DNA of 64,000 nucleotides, taken from Octopus bimaculoides (taxonomy: Eukaryota). The notes under the pieces are model-generated. The model did no database searches. It saw nothing but the letters and a program-made list of their open reading frames with translations, and had not been told where the DNA came from. A program made the position numbers and the translations under genes. The stretch is from positions 30,997,811-31,061,810 of the forward strand of contig NC_068995.1 of the NCBI RefSeq assembly GCF_001194135.2, read 5' to 3'. This document shows positions 50,947 through 64,000 of this stretch, in pieces (positions within the stretch are counted from its first letter, which is position 1; each line of letters begins with the position of its first letter).

Positions 50947-51910
50947 GTAAGTTTACACACCTTCATCTTTCTCATTAACTTTTTATTTACTGTTGCAATA
51001 GTGTTGGTGGTCCCAGAAGCTCAGCTTGATTCTGCCTTGCTTTGCCTTAATTTAATCTATATTTACTAATCAGTTGGTATTTTAGCTGTTATATTCATCT
51101 TCATTATGTATATGATGTCTTTATTGTTTACAACTTATATATGGCCCTTCTTGTAAAGATTGCACTAAGATAACTGACTGCTACACTTTTAGAAATTGTT
51201 GTTTAACCAACCAGGGGCAGTCTGATTCTGTGGACCCATGATCAAAGAACTCCTAGCTGTGATCAGACATAATCTATCCCAGACCACATTGTCTAATGTG
51301 CCCCTTTTGTTTTTTTCTTAACTGTAATGTGTAATTTGAGAGAGATTTAGATCTTGCAACTATATAGAGTGCTCTGCTGACACCGATCAAATAATTGTGT
51401 TATTGAGTTGGTATGATCTTTCCTACTGACCTTCCTAACTGGCCTCATTTTCATTGTTATCTCAAATGTTTCACCGACCCTGTCCTCCAGTATTACTAAA
51501 GCTTACTACTTTCTCTGCTAACTTGTAAGGAGTTTGGGTTACTCCAATCCAAATGTTCTGTGAAGGTTGATGTAACTTGGAGAGTAATAAGGACATGGTT
51601 ATTTTAAAGAAAATATTACTTTCAAATTTTGCCAGAAATTTGGGGGAAGGTGCTAAGTCTGTTAGATCGACCCCAGTGCTAAACTGCTACTTACTTTATT
51701 GACCTTGAAAGAATGAAAGGCAAAATCAATCATGGCAGAATTTGAACCCAGAATCTAAAAAAAATATGAATGAAATGCTGCTGTCTAATAACACTTTATC
51801 CACTTCCAGACATCAACCTATCTCAAAATATCACATCCCTTCCACTCTCCAGTCACTATCAAAATGTTACAATTATGAATGAAGCTAAAATGAAATGTTT
51901 TTCTCTTCAG

Positions 51911-52102
51911 ATCCTGTTCTACAGTTTCTCTTAGCGGGTCTCCAACAGTCTCTCTTGGCATCTGTGTCTGCAACTGCTCTCCAGAGTATCTGCACTGCTT
52001 GTCGTTCCCAAATGAGAGAACACTTTGATGGCCTTCTTCAGATAGCACAAGCCATGGATTCTTTTAATTTATCCAACGATGCTGCCATTGGCCTGCTTAA
52101 AG
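51911..52102 (+). CDS. TNPO3: TNPO3 exon: (D)PVLQFLLAGLQQ...DSFNLSNDAAIGLLK(G)
   Basis: cttcag|AT CCT...AAA G|gtaatc; 192 nt. Confidence 0.96.
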
Positions 52103-53456
52103 GTAATCTTACAAATGTTTTACATATATTATTCATTGAAGTTCATTTCTATTCTGTGGGCTTATTGTTTGACGCTGCATATATTTTTGTTTTATTCTTT
52201 CACTCGTGTTTTCGTTTTGATCATTGGGCCGTAGCCGTACTGGAGCAGAGCTCCTGGATTTTTTTTTTTAGCTATTTAGCTTTTTCAAAACCAGTTTGGG
52301 AGTCATCTTACTGAAAGTTTACCAGTTACCTCCCTTATAGAAACTTTACTAGGTATTTACTCTCTCCCCCCTACACACACATGCCTTCCTCAACTCATCA
52401 TGGAATTGTATGGGTGTCATTATGCAGGCATATCTTAAGCATTTTAAACCTAGCAAAGCCCATCACTCTCTGAGAACAAAGGAATGTGTATGTGTGCACA
52501 TATATATGTGTGTGTGTGTGTGACAAACTTCTACACAACTTCTGTCTACCAAATTTCACTCACAAGACATTGGTCAACGTGAGGATACATGAGAAGACCT
52601 CTTACCGTGGGTTATCTTAAAGTGGTGGGTAAGATTGAACCTGAAAATATTTGGTTGTGAAGACAACTTCTTAACCATCTATCAATGTAGGTTTGATTTC
52701 TGTTTTATTTGATTCAAACATTTCCACTCGCAATGGCTCAACAGTTAAAATGTTGAAACAATCACCACTTCATCATAAATTCAAACTTCACTTCAAGGCA
52801 TTATATTGCTTGTTTTAGTTTGCTCTGAAACTCACATTTGATCTCTAATTGTAGTCATTTCATTCTATTTATGAGGTCAATTTTCTTTTTACTTGTCTCC
52901 TTTTAATTTACAAATTTACTCTCTAACTTATTATAGAGGTAGTTCTCCACCCAACTAACTTATCTAATTTGTCCTCATCACATTACCTGAGTAAGAAATC
53001 TGTCACAAGTGTTACAACAACAGATTGGTTCGGAGACAAAATATAACTTTTCTTTTTTTAATGGTTGTGTGTGGAAGGGGGCTATGTCCATGCCCTTGAC
53101 ACTTCTGAGATCAGTAATTGATGTCCTTGAACAAATACAGGATTGTCTTGGACTGGGAGGGAATTCCAGAGATAATGTTCTGAGAAAGTTTGATGAACAC
53201 AATGTGGGTGATGAAATTAGAGATGAGTGCATCGAGTGGGAACTAGTTGGTGACATTATGTGACCTACCAGATTCAAGGCAGGAATAGAATTGTACCACT
53301 GTAGAAGTGGTACAATTAATAGGGTGAAGTACCAGTTATATACTAGGGAGTGGGGAGGCAGCAATCTGATCAACTGTTCTCTTCAAATCTGTGAACTTTG
53401 CCACTGGTTGAAATTATTGTTAACTAACAATTTTTTTTACTCATTTTCTCCCTAAG

Positions 53457-53548
53457 GAACTGCAACCATCTTGACTCAATTACCGTATGAAAGTGTTGGA
53501 GAAGGATTGAAGAAATTGTGCTCTTTTCAGTTGACTCCATTAAATAAG
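53457..53548 (+). CDS. TNPO3: TNPO3 exon: (G)TATILTQLPYESVGEGLKKLCSFQLTPLNK
   Basis: cctaag|GA ACT...AAG|gtaaag; 92 nt; uses an AAG acceptor. Confidence 0.92.
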
Positions 53549-54330
53549 GTAAAGTGTGATGATGTCCTCCTTCCTACATCTTCTCTCTCATGGTGTTTTA
53601 TGTCTGTATTAATGTAGCAGACACTGGTCCAGCTGTCCACCCACTGAGGTCCAGTTGTTGGGAGCAGTATTCATGATGATGATGATGGTGGTAGCACTGC
53701 TGCTGCTGGTTGCCATTGCTGCCACCTACCATTGCCATCACCACGTCTGAAACTAGTTCTTGTTGTTTAGTCTCAGGTCAGAATAGATTATGAAATGTCT
53801 AGAAAATAAAGCAAAATAATTATATTGCTATAAAAAAAAAAACAGAAAGAGCAAAGACATGAATTTCACAAGGTACAGGACAGCTAAAACGAGACATGGA
53901 GTAATTTTTCATCATCATTTTATGCCTGCTTGTCATGTTAGCTTCTCATGTGTTGTTGGTACCAGGTAGAGAGGATTCTTTAGTCTTGATACAAGCACCA
54001 TCTTTAATATTGGTGCTATGATAATATGATCCCAGGCCACACTATAAAGTGATTGGTGACAGCAAGGGTGTCCAGCAGTAAAAAACCATGTCAAAAACCA
54101 AAAATGCTATAATAACAAAGATTGTTGGCTTCCTTTGTTATCAGAAGGTCCACCAAAAATGTTCAGATGCTGTCAAAGAAGTCCTGTCTGTGTCAGCAAA
54201 GGAAAACAAATATAAAATTATGTTCCACTCCTTCATAGACTTTCTACAACACCACTTATTTTTAACTATGTTCCATTTGTTACTGATTTATTATGATAAT
54301 TATTAAAATAATTCTATTAAATTATTGCAG

Positions 54331-54416
54331 CTCATTAATGAAGGAGAGGTCAATGTAAAGCAAGGCAGTAGCCATGATCCAACACTTTGGTTGGATGGGT
54401 TAGCAGCAATTTTCAG
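54331..54416 (+). CDS. TNPO3: TNPO3 exon: LINEGEVNVKQGSSHDPTLWLDGLAAIF(R)
   Basis: ttgcag|CTC...TTC AG|gtaatt; 86 nt; matches SDPTVFLDRLAVIFR. Confidence 0.94.
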
Positions 54417-54699
54417 GTAATTTAATCCCTCACTCTGATATCATAAAATAATGGCCTTCTTGTATTTCCTGTTATTGTTCTCCAGCTCCTCCTTCATTAA
54501 GAACCATTCCAGCCGTGCCCATGCTACATTATGGTACCTACTGCATTATCAGATGTGTCTGTTTCATTTATATACTTGTGCGCATGCATACACACATGCA
54601 CAATAGGGTTATTACTTCTGATTGTAGCAAAAAGTCTTTCCATCTGAGTGAATGGCATATTGTACAATACTTGTGTACAAATAGCAGTGCTGCATCGTA

Positions 54700-55030
54700 G
54701 TGAAATGTGGACCTTGAATGCAGTGGACGTGAAGAGTAGAAAGGAATGAAGCTAGTAAGCTCTGATGAATGTGTAACATCACTGTGCATGCATGACAAAG
54801 TGAAACGTATTGAGAAAAATTGGTTATAAGAGGAATCAGATGTAGTGTGCAAGTGGGAAGGCTGTGTTGATGTGGTCATGTGATGTGTATGGATGATGAC
54901 AGCTGTATAACGAAATGCTGACTGCTTAAACTGGATGGAATATGAGGAAGATGGAAACCCAGGAAGGTATGGGATGAACTAGTGAAGACTGATCTCAAAA
55001 CGTTGAGCCTTGTGGAGGAGATGATAAGTG
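54700..55030 (+). mobile_element. Decayed RTE LINE C-terminal ORF fragment
   Basis: SEMWTL...ERNEAS...EKLVIRGIRCSVQ...GHVMCMDDDSC...PRKVWDELVKTDL with stops; similar remnants near 3890, 4400 and 10750. Confidence 0.7.
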
Positions 55031-56775
55031 TTTCATTTTGTTCAATGATACCTGACTGTCAGTAAGCAGTTGGTTTATGTGTATGCACTCACCAGGCCTT
55101 GCCCTTGCATCCAATTTACTCCCTCAAGCATTCTCCACCTCTCTTCTTCCTATCACTCATCCTTCAATCACTTCTTTAACAATGGCATTATTCAGCTTCT
55201 GTAATCACATGACAGCAGAATCTGCACATATTTCTTTGCCTTTTTGCTTCTAGCTACACCAGCCTCCCTGGAATCACTTCCTTTAACATCCATCATTCCC
55301 AATATCATCTCTCCCCAGTTTATTCTTTGCAACTTACTACCCCTTTGTGTGCCTCCAGGTATCTCCCTGTCTCCTCTGAACTACATCTTAGGACTGCTAT
55401 TCTTCATCTCTAACACCCTCTTATATCTGCTATCACTCTCAACACACTCCTTGCATTTGCTATTGATGCCACTCCCTTCCATACTCACCACAGCCACCAC
55501 TATGTACCTCTGAGCTTCATCCCTGTCCTTGTACATCACTCTCTCTCTCTCTCTCTCCCCTTTCTTATTTTCTGTGCCATCCACCTCTTCCTATATTACC
55601 ACTTATCACTTCCCCCTTCCAGAACTATTTCTTTTACCCTCTCTCCCACACTAATATTTACTATTGACTACACCACCACCCTTGCAAATTATTTACCACA
55701 TTAACCCCTATTCCCTTCCATAACACCACTCACTCTCCTCTCTCACACTTCCCCATCTTCCACCTATACTCTCTCTCATGCTCACTTTTTCTTGTACCTT
55801 GAGATTATACCCTGACACCTCATCAGCAACATCTTCATCTTCTTTCCAGTTACTTCCATCCACCTTTATATAATGTGAGGCAACCATATATATCTTCTTC
55901 AGCAAGACCCTGTACTTGTCCCTCTATCATACTTTAGGCCTAAAAACCTGGCATAATGCCACCTCCCCCGAGAAGGCTTCTTTTTCTTTGTCATTCAAGT
56001 TACTTGGCAGCCTTAACTTGTGCCAGTGTAACAAAACAGCAACCAGTACGCATTAAGTGGTAAGAAGGGCATCCACCTGTAAAAACCATGCCAAAAGCTG
56101 ACAATGGTGCTAGATGCAGTTCAATGAATCTTCTAGAATTGTGAAACCCGTGCTAGCAAGGAAGATGGACATTAAAGGATGATAATGACCCCCCTCCCAA
56201 ACCAATCATCATTGTCCCTATCATTTCATATCTACTTTCTGTGCTGGCATGAGTTGGACAGTTAGAGTGGGTTCAACAGTTCAGAGGATTACATCTTGCT
56301 CCAATACCTCAGATTAGGCATGGTTTCCATGGCTTACAAAATGTACTGGGTGCATTTTTTTGACACCAGCAGCAGAGTGTGACAGTCTTGTCTGATGTTC
56401 TAACGAGTTAGGTATTGTGTGAGTGACAAAACATAGAAACAGAGTGTAAGAAACCTTGTCTGATTTTCTACTTAGGGTTGACATGGAATCCAGACACATT
56501 GCAGACAATCTCTGATTAAGTGTTTAAAACAGCTTTTTTATTACAACTTTGTCTTTAGAGTGAAGAAGATTACATGCCTTAAAAGCTTCTAGAATGGTTT
56601 GAATGTAATGTCAAGAAGGAAAATGGTGGTTTCTGACTTGCTCCTGAGGTGGTATCAAAATGGACAACTTTTTTGGCTGGTTTATTCTATAAAAGATGCA
56701 ATTTTTTAAAAATCTTTATTTCCTACTAAAATTGTTAAGAATGTCTTACTAATTGTTTTCTTATTTTATTAATAG

Positions 56776-56836
56776 ACATCTTAACCCATCTGTTCCAAAT
56801 GGCCAACCTCATCCTTGCCAGTCTGTCATTCAGGAG
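56776..56836 (+). CDS. TNPO3: TNPO3 exon: (R)HLNPSVPNGQPHPCQSVIQE
   Basis: aatag|A CAT...GAG|gtaaac; 61 nt; conserved NGQxHPCQxVIQE. Confidence 0.95.
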
Positions 56837-57439
56837 GTAAACACATATTTTCTCACTTAATAATAATTAGTATTAATGAATTTACAAAAGTGGTGAGCTG
56901 GCAGAATCATTAGCATGCTGGGCAAAATACTCAGTGGTATTTCATCTATCTTCAAGTTCTGAATTCAAATTCCGCCAAAGTCTACTTTGTCTTTCATCCT
57001 TTCGGGGTCAATAAAATAAGTACCAGTTGAATACTGAGATCGATGTAATCAACTTACCCTCCCCCAAAATTGCTGGTTTTGTGCCAAAATTTGAAACCAA
57101 TGTTAATGAATTTAAAATTGAATAAAATAGAAATATTTACTGAATTTTTTAGTTTTAGTTTTCTCATAAATTTTCTTTTAAAAAAAAAGGGATTAAAATT
57201 TCTATGAAGGTGTTGGACAAGTTTTTGTTATTGAATGTAATAAATTGTAGTTTGGAGGTTAATTGCATTTTGCACACATTTCTATAAATTGTACCTTGGC
57301 CTTTATAATTGTGAAATGTATACTTCTGGCTAAAGGTGATGATTTGTTGGGTTTCAGACCCAGTGTTGGGTAATACACTTTGTTCTGAGTTCACCTTTTG
57401 AGGAAAAGGTGTTTAGTAGTTTATAAGTGTAACATCAGT

Positions 57440-57629
57440 AACACAGATAATGGTTAATAACACAGATAATGGTTAATAACACAGATAATGGTTAATAACA
57501 CAGATAATGGTTAATAACACAGATAATGGTTAATAACACAGATAATGGTTAATAACACAGATAATGGTTAATAACACAGATAATGGTTAATAACACAGAT
57601 AATGGTTAATAACACAGATAATGGTTAAT
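57440..57629. repeat. Minisatellite: 10 exact copies of the 19-mer AACACAGATAATGGTTAAT
   Basis: Counted directly (190 bp). Confidence 0.95.
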
Positions 57630-57640
57630 AATTATACACA

Positions 57641-57844
57641 ATTTAAGGTGGCGAGCTGGCAAAATTGTTACCGCACCGAGAAAATGCTTTGCAGCATTTC
57701 GTCTGTCTTTACATTCTGAGTTCAAATTCTGCCGAGGTCGACTTTACCTTTCATCCTTTCAGGGTCGATCAAATAAGTACCAGTTGAGCTCAGGTTGATG
57801 TAATTGACTTACCCCGCCCCCTGAAATTGCCAAAATTTGAAACC
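57641..57844 (+). mobile_element. SINE family B with a 14-bp target-site duplication
   Basis: TSD aataattatacaca at 57627-57640 and 57845-57858. Confidence 0.85.
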
Positions 57845-59018
57845 AATAATTATACACACACACACATACACACATGAGTGTCACCCATACTGTTGGCACA
57901 TAAAAGGCACCCATGGCGATGACACATTAGAAGCACCCATGCTGATGACATGTTAAAGATACCTGATACACTCAGTGGAGGGCATCCAACCGAAGGAACC
58001 AAACCAAAACAGATTGGGGCTCTGCTTACCAGTTCTAGTCAAAGCATCTAACCCATGCCAACATGGAAAACAGACGCTACATTATGATGATGAAATATAC
58101 ACATATATATAACCATCATTGCCATCATCATTTTATTGTCCACTTCGTCATGCTTTTGCATGGGTCAGATGAAATTTATTAAGGCAGTTAATCTGTGGCC
58201 TGATGTCCCTCTTGTCACCAACCTTTATCTGTTTCCAAGCAAGATGAATATTTCTCTATGGCCAGACATGTTTTTTCAGAATATCGGAAATGAATGACAT
58301 TCATTTACAACTATCACACAATGTAAAGACAAAGAAACACATAGATGCATACACATATACACATACGTAACGGTCTTCTATCAATTTCCATCTACTCACA
58401 AATTCACTCAGAAGGCTTTAGTTGGCACAGAACTATAGTAGAAGACCCTTGCCCAAGATGCAACACAGTGGGATTGAACCTGAAACAATGTGGTTGAAAA
58501 GCAAATTCCTTAACACACAGTCATACCTGCACTTGTACATATGTGTGTGTGGCTGTGTGGTTAAGAAGTTTGCTTTTCTAGTCTAGTTTCAGGTTCAGTT
58601 CTACTGTATAGCACTTAGGTATGAGTCTTCTATTATATCCACAGGCCAACTAAAGCTTTGTGAGTGAATTTCGTAAAAGGAAACTGAAAGAAGCCTGTCG
58701 TGTAATATCTGTGTGTGTTTATGTCTCCTTGTCTCAATATTGTACAATAGCTGTTACAAGCAACACCATCATACAAAATGTGTTTGTTTTCAGTCTTCTG
58801 TGAAAGATATGTCCAGTTATGAGGAAATATTACTTTACTTGGAAACAAGTTGGGGTTGGCAACAGAATTGGCATCTGCCTGTAGAAAGTCTGCATCAGTG
58901 AATTCTGTCTGACCCATGCGAGCATGCAGAAGCAGATGTTAAAACAGTGATGACTTTGACTGTGTGAAAAAGATACTGAGATAGTTATTTTTCTTTATTG
59001 TTTCATTTGTGAAATCAG

Positions 59019-59159
59019 ATATTTCCAGTTCTGTCTCAAGCTTGTGATAAATACCAATCAGATGTCCGTATTGTGGAACGATGTTGTCGCTGTATTCGCT
59101 TTGCCATTCGCTGTCTTGGTAAGAACTCGGCATCTGTTTTACAACCATTAGTAACTCAG
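59019..59159 (+). CDS. TNPO3: TNPO3 exon: [47 protein letters not shown]
   Basis: aatcag|ATA...CAG|gtaaga; 141 nt; Arg-rich cargo-binding helix conserved. Confidence 0.97.
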
Positions 59160-59712
59160 GTAAGAGTTTTTTTGTTCCTAAGGTCCTTCAGATGCTAACT
59201 GTCTTTTAAAGCAATAGTTATTTCATTGTTAATTCCATCTACATGCTTTGATTTTCTAGCCTAAAACCATTTCAAGACATTTCTTATGTAGTACAATTAA
59301 TTTTCAATCTAATTATATTTGGGCATAATTAAACTATTTCTGACTTTCACTATGGCTGTTTGCCAAATTTCACAACATTCATTAAAAACTTTGATAAAAT
59401 TTAAATGAATCGTTTCAGTTTGGTTGCTATTAAAACAGCAAAAGGATTATTTTTTACATTATTATCATCATCATCATCATCATCAATAAGGCAGCCAGCT
59501 GGCAGAGTTGTGAGCACATTGAACAACATGCTTAGCAGCATTTTGTCCATCTTTATGTTCTGAGTTCAAATTCTGCCAAGGTCAGCTTTGTCTTTCATCC
59601 TTTTGGGGTCAGTAAAGTAAGTACTAGTTGAACACTGGATCAATGTATTGCTGGCCTTGTGCCAAAATTTGAAACCATTATTATTAATTTTTTTTTTTGT
59701 TTTCCCTTGCAG

Positions 59713-59829
59713 ATGGTTAATCTGTATCAAGTCCATCAACACTCCTGTTTTCTTTATCTTGGAAGTATTTTAGTTGATGAATATGGCACAGACCCTAATT
59801 GTGTCCCTGGTTTGTTGAATATGCTGCAA
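59713..59829 (+). CDS. TNPO3: TNPO3 exon: [39 protein letters not shown]
   Basis: ttgcag|ATG...CAA|gtaagg; 117 nt; [18 protein letters not shown] matches the human sequence as recalled. Confidence 0.97.
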
Positions 59830-60178
59830 GTAAGGACATCAAACTTGATATTTTATTGAAATTGTTCTAGTTTTTTTATTGTTGGTTGTTAAATACTCCC
59901 TGACCGTTTTTGCAGTTTGAATGAATATGCTGTTTAAAGATAACTTTAACATGAAGTAAATAGTTTCTAAATTTCCATGACTCTTGGCAGATTGAATCTA
60001 CATGAATATAGATGTGAAACAAACTTACTTCACAACCATGTCTGTTTTAACTTAGTTATGATGCTACAATTTTCTCATTTGTTTCCATCGCAAGAAATTA
60101 CAAACATTCAGGTTATTTCCATTTTATTTATTTTTTTTAATATGTATTTTATCTAGTGTTCTGTTTTTTGTTTTGTAG

Positions 60179-60273
60179 GCATTTTGTACGCCAGCCTTCA
60201 AACAACTTGAAGAACATAATGGTCTTCGCAACCATCCTGATACTGTTGACGACTTATTCCGTCTTTGCCTCAG
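60179..60273 (+). CDS. TNPO3: TNPO3 exon: AFCTPAFKQLEEHNGLRNHPDTVDDLFRLCL(R)
   Basis: ttgtag|GCA...CTC AG|gtttgc; 95 nt; NHPDTVDDLFRL conserved. Confidence 0.97.
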
Positions 60274-61078
60274 GTTTGCTCTCTCTAAACTTTTAATCAT
60301 TCTTAATGGTTTCAAACAGGAAGGGTTACGACAGCCTTGACCCTTTTATTGTAGGGCCTAATGAAGAAGGGTGGGGTGGGGTGGGGGCTTAAGCCATGAC
60401 TCTTAGGGTTGCAGCAGCAGGATAGAGTGGTCTACAGACTGGAGACCTGAGCAGTGGATGAGGTTCACTACACAACAAAAGGTACAGTCCCTCTAACAGG
60501 TGGTGATAGAGTTGGTGGAAAACTGGGCAGTGGATAAGGGCCACTGCACAGTACATGTAGTCCCTCTGATTGTCTTCCACACAGTTTTCTGTTTAACTGG
60601 TTTTGTTCTTTAAACTTGTGTTGCTCAAACACTTGCTGAAGAAGATACTTGCTCAAGGTATCGTACACTGATATTGCACCCAGAACTACAAGATTGCTAA
60701 ATAACCTTCTTAACCACGCACCCTTGTCTTTTATTTTCCCTGGAATTCTTCTGTCACTCACTTTGAAAACACTTCCTGTCTTTTTACAACAGAACACTAA
60801 CAAACTCATGGTTATTGTTGTTTAACTCCAGGCTAACACTGACATTGCAGGCCTATGATCTGAGGCGTTCCAACCATGACTATTCTGTCTTTTTTTTTTA
60901 GAAGCATGTCTAGGACTATGTCACCCAATATTACTTATTGAGGAAGAGTTGACTGTTATTTCTAGCATTTTGAGGATCTAGGTAGACTCCTGTAGCCAGA
61001 TAAATCATACTACCCTTGTTTGTAATTATTCCAAACTTGTGTTGCTTCATTGTATCACATGATTCCATTCTGATCTAG

Positions 61079-61235
61079 GTTTGTGCAGCGAGCACCTGTT
61101 GCCTTTTTACAGTGTCAGATGTCTAAAGCTATTCTCTGCTGTTCAATAGCAGCATGTTCTCTTGATCACAGAGATGCTAATGCATCTGTGATGAAATTTC
61201 TTGAAGATTTAATTAACTGTGCAACAGCAAAAGAA
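61079..61235 (+). CDS. TNPO3: TNPO3 exon: (R)FVQRAPVAFLQ...LDHRDANASVMKFLEDLINCATAKE
   Basis: atctag|G TTT...GAA|gtaagt; 157 nt; LDHRDANxSVM conserved. Confidence 0.96.
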
Positions 61236-62299
61236 GTAAGTCAAATATTTAGCTTTAAAAAAACCTTTTATTTATTATTATTGTTATTATTACCGTTATT
61301 ATTAATTAGTCCAAAGTGGCAAACTGGCAGAATTGTTAGCACGGCAGGCAAGATGCTTGGCAACATTTTGTCCGTCTTTATGTTTTGAGTTCAAATTCTG
61401 CTGAGGTTGATTTTTCCTTCATCCTTTTGGGTTTAGTAAAATAAATACCAGTTGAGCACTGGGGTTGATGTAATTGTACTTGCCCTCCTTCCAAACTTGT
61501 TGGCCGTATGCCAAAATTTGAAATCATCATTAATTAGTCCTGTTTAATCAGACTTATGATTAAAAGGGATCAAGTTTTACTATCTATAGTATTGTCTATG
61601 ATTACATTATCTAATATGACCTTAAACCTTTTTTGAGAGGCAGAAATGTCAAAGTGAACTAGGCTGGGGAAAATACTGCTTGTGCTGACAGGGCAGTATG
61701 ACCATCTGGATAAGAAGTTTACTGTTTACTGGTGCCACATGTTTCCGCTTTCTTTCTGCTGTGCTCAACCAATATCTTGTAGGTGGAAATTGTAAGAAAC
61801 CCATTGTGTGTGTGTGTGTTATTTCATTGTCTGGTATGCTGTGTAAGTACTGTCACCGTGTAGACAGCATCATTATTGACATCTGCTGTGAAAATATTAT
61901 CATCATTTATTGTCCGTTGTCTATGCTGGCATGGGTTGAACGGTCTGACCAGGGCTGGTAAGCTGGAAGGCTGCACCAGGCTCCAGTTTGATTTGGCATT
62001 GTTTTCTATGGTTGGATGCCCTTCCTAATGCCAACTACTCTGAGAGTGTAATGGGTGCTTTTACATGCCACCAGCATGGGTGCCATTCGCGTGACACCAG
62101 TATCTGTCACTTCCCCATGACCAGACAGAAAATTGGAAATAAAAGACACTGTTTGTATGATGGTGACCCATGCTTACAACTATCACATGATGTCATGGTT
62201 GCTATATATGTATATGTGTGAAATATTCTATATATATATAACTGATATTACTAAATGATATCTAAATATATGAGTCTATTTTTGTTCCTTTTCTTTCAG

Positions 62300-62467
62300 C
62301 ATAAAGATGACTTTGAGACACGACGCACATTAGTCGAAGACTTGCTACGAGAACATGGCCAAACATTAGTGCACTCTCTCCTCAATACGGCTGTCTATTG
62401 TCTTCCTACCTACATGGTCTCAGACGTTGCTGATGTGATCTACGAATTGATGCTCTTCGACAGACCG
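62300..62467 (+). CDS. TNPO3: TNPO3 exon: HKDDFETRRTLVE...SDVADVIYELMLFDRP
   Basis: tttcag|CAT...CCG|gtcagt; 168 nt. Confidence 0.95.
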
Positions 62468-63472
62468 GTCAGTTGGTTTCCTTTATTTTGCTGTTGTTCA
62501 GCCTTAATCAAGCAGACACAGGACCAAAGATGTTCTGGTCATACCCATCCTTATATTATAGTATATCTAGAATTACTTATCCAATATGTCCTTCTTTTAG
62601 TAATTTTAGGAAGATCTGGCTGCTATTTCTATTACGTGACGCAGTCATATACTGGCTACCTCCTTGTTTTAAGGAGCCAAACTTGTAGGTTTGTTTTTCC
62701 TGTTTCTGATTTCTTTGTTGGGTGGATACCTAATCATTTTCAAAATTTAAAAACCAGCTTCCCAGCACCACCTTCGGGCCTGCCAAATAAGGAGGCTTGC
62801 TTGAATTCTCAAAAAGAAAAATTAACCTTATTAAGGTCAACAATTAGCAATGGTGCAGAGACTTAAAAATCCTGCATTTGTGTTCAATCTTTAGCTCTTT
62901 TTAAAGCATGTCTTTACAAGGAGACATCCACAAGTTTAAATGAGCAGCTAGTCCAGGAGCACAAGCCCTAGTTGACTGTGAGTGCTTGCAAAGAAACAAG
63001 AGCTAAGGGGATCATCTTGCATAGTAAATTGAATCAGAAGAGACCTCTGGGTCCACTAGCCCTAGTCATCCTTAAGAGAGTATGAAGATGCAAATAATGG
63101 ATTGTCTTTGACTGTCAATTCACAGTCATAAGAGGATATTCATTCAAACTGGATGAGTTATGTTAGAAATTCTAATGTTGCTGAGATCAACTTAACTTTC
63201 ACCCTTCCTGAAAGAATAAAATACTAGCCAAATACTGGGGTTGGTATAATTGACAAACCTCTCACTCCCAAATTTGTTGGTGCCACTGAGAGTGGTAGCA
63301 TAGATAGAGTACCAGCCAAAATACTTTAGCTCTGAGTTCTAATCCCAGTGATTGACATATGAGAAGAAAATATTTCATGATGTTACTGAAGCAAAGCTAT
63401 TGTTGTTGATGAAAATTGTTATTATTTTCTATTTTAAAAACTATTTTTCTCTTTGATGTTTTCTACTGCTAG

Positions 63473-63585
63473 ACTTTCTGTCAATGGCTGGAAGTTACTC
63501 TAAAATCTTTACCAACTGAGAGCAGTGGTGGTACGATTACAGCCACCCATACACAGCTTACAGAATTTCATAAAGCTGTTACAAG
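63473..63585 (+). CDS. TNPO3: TNPO3 exon: [37 protein letters not shown](S/R)
   Basis: tgctag|ACT...ACA AG|gtaaga; 113 nt; matches TFCRWLENSLKGLP...QLTDFHKQVT. The final coding exon is not in the window. Confidence 0.95.
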
Positions 63586-64000
63586 GTAAGATTTTAGTCA
63601 ATTATTTATTTTGTGTGTTGTTATTTAGCCCCAGGTCAACTTTGATCCAGCTGACCATGTGCCAACCATGACTGACTGGTACATTTTTATATCAGTCACT
63701 ACATTGTCCAATGTAATTTGAGGGACATTCAGCTGTTATGTCTTGCTTTGTATAAGAGACCTTCATTAGCTTGTTTTTGTGTATTCCTAAACACATTTTC
63801 TTCTTCTTTCTGCTTTTCATCTACTCTCTGTATTAGGATTGTTTTTTTATATAAATTTGTACATTGGCATATTTTTTTGAATAATTGATTTCATGCTTTG
63901 GAGTCTGTACTTGCTTCCTGCTGTTAACCACTCAGCTGTAAAGTAAGGGATGGCACCTTTTGTTAGCCAGGCAAACTGAAATCTGTAGTGTTACATGAAT

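Larger units (their letters stand above)
26529..63585 (+). other. TNPO3: Transportin-3 (importin-beta family, SR-protein import receptor) gene model, 25 internal coding exons, 5' and 3' incomplete
   Basis: Manually spliced exons all have AG/GT boundaries with compatible phases, total 2606 nt. The translation is collinear with human TNPO3 as I recall it, from VHAWEISDQLL to TDFHKQVTS. It includes the Arg-rich helix [15 protein letters not shown] and HPDTVDDLFRL. Confidence 0.97.

Noticed and set aside
53451-53456. AAG splice acceptor as an anomaly
   Set aside because: AAG acceptors are less common but ordinary; phase and homology fit.
57440-57629. Regular repeat array as a possible CRISPR
   Set aside because: Units are head to tail with no unique spacers, and the context is a eukaryotic intron.
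62255-62866. 203-aa ORF as a standalone gene
   Set aside because: Only 62300-62467 is a TNPO3 exon; the rest is intron read-through past a GT donor. The same applies to the ORFs at 31127, 37994, 51895 and 61083.

Overview
AT-rich, intron-rich eukaryotic DNA packed with microsatellites, SINEs and LINE fragments. The repeat landscape and short N gaps suggest an octopus draft assembly (inference). The only host gene I can support is transportin-3 (TNPO3/Transportin-SR) on the + strand. It has 25 GT-AG coding exons between 26529 and 63585 that splice in frame into 868 codons plus 2 nt. The first coding exon was not found, and the last lies beyond the window. Almost all ORFs in the supplied track are spurious. 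The rest is transposon debris: two tRNA-type SINE families, RTE and R4/Dong-like LINE fragments, mariner and hAT remnants, a Gypsy gag fragment and a Penelope-like GIY-YIG remnant. The most striking signal is three unrelated fold-back elements (about 18.9, 32.1 and 41.6 kb) that share the layout of a minimal type I hammerhead ribozyme. Their 3:8 core pair differs in each but stays complementary: C:G, G:C and A:U. There is also a pre-miRNA-like hairpin at about 16.1 kb.
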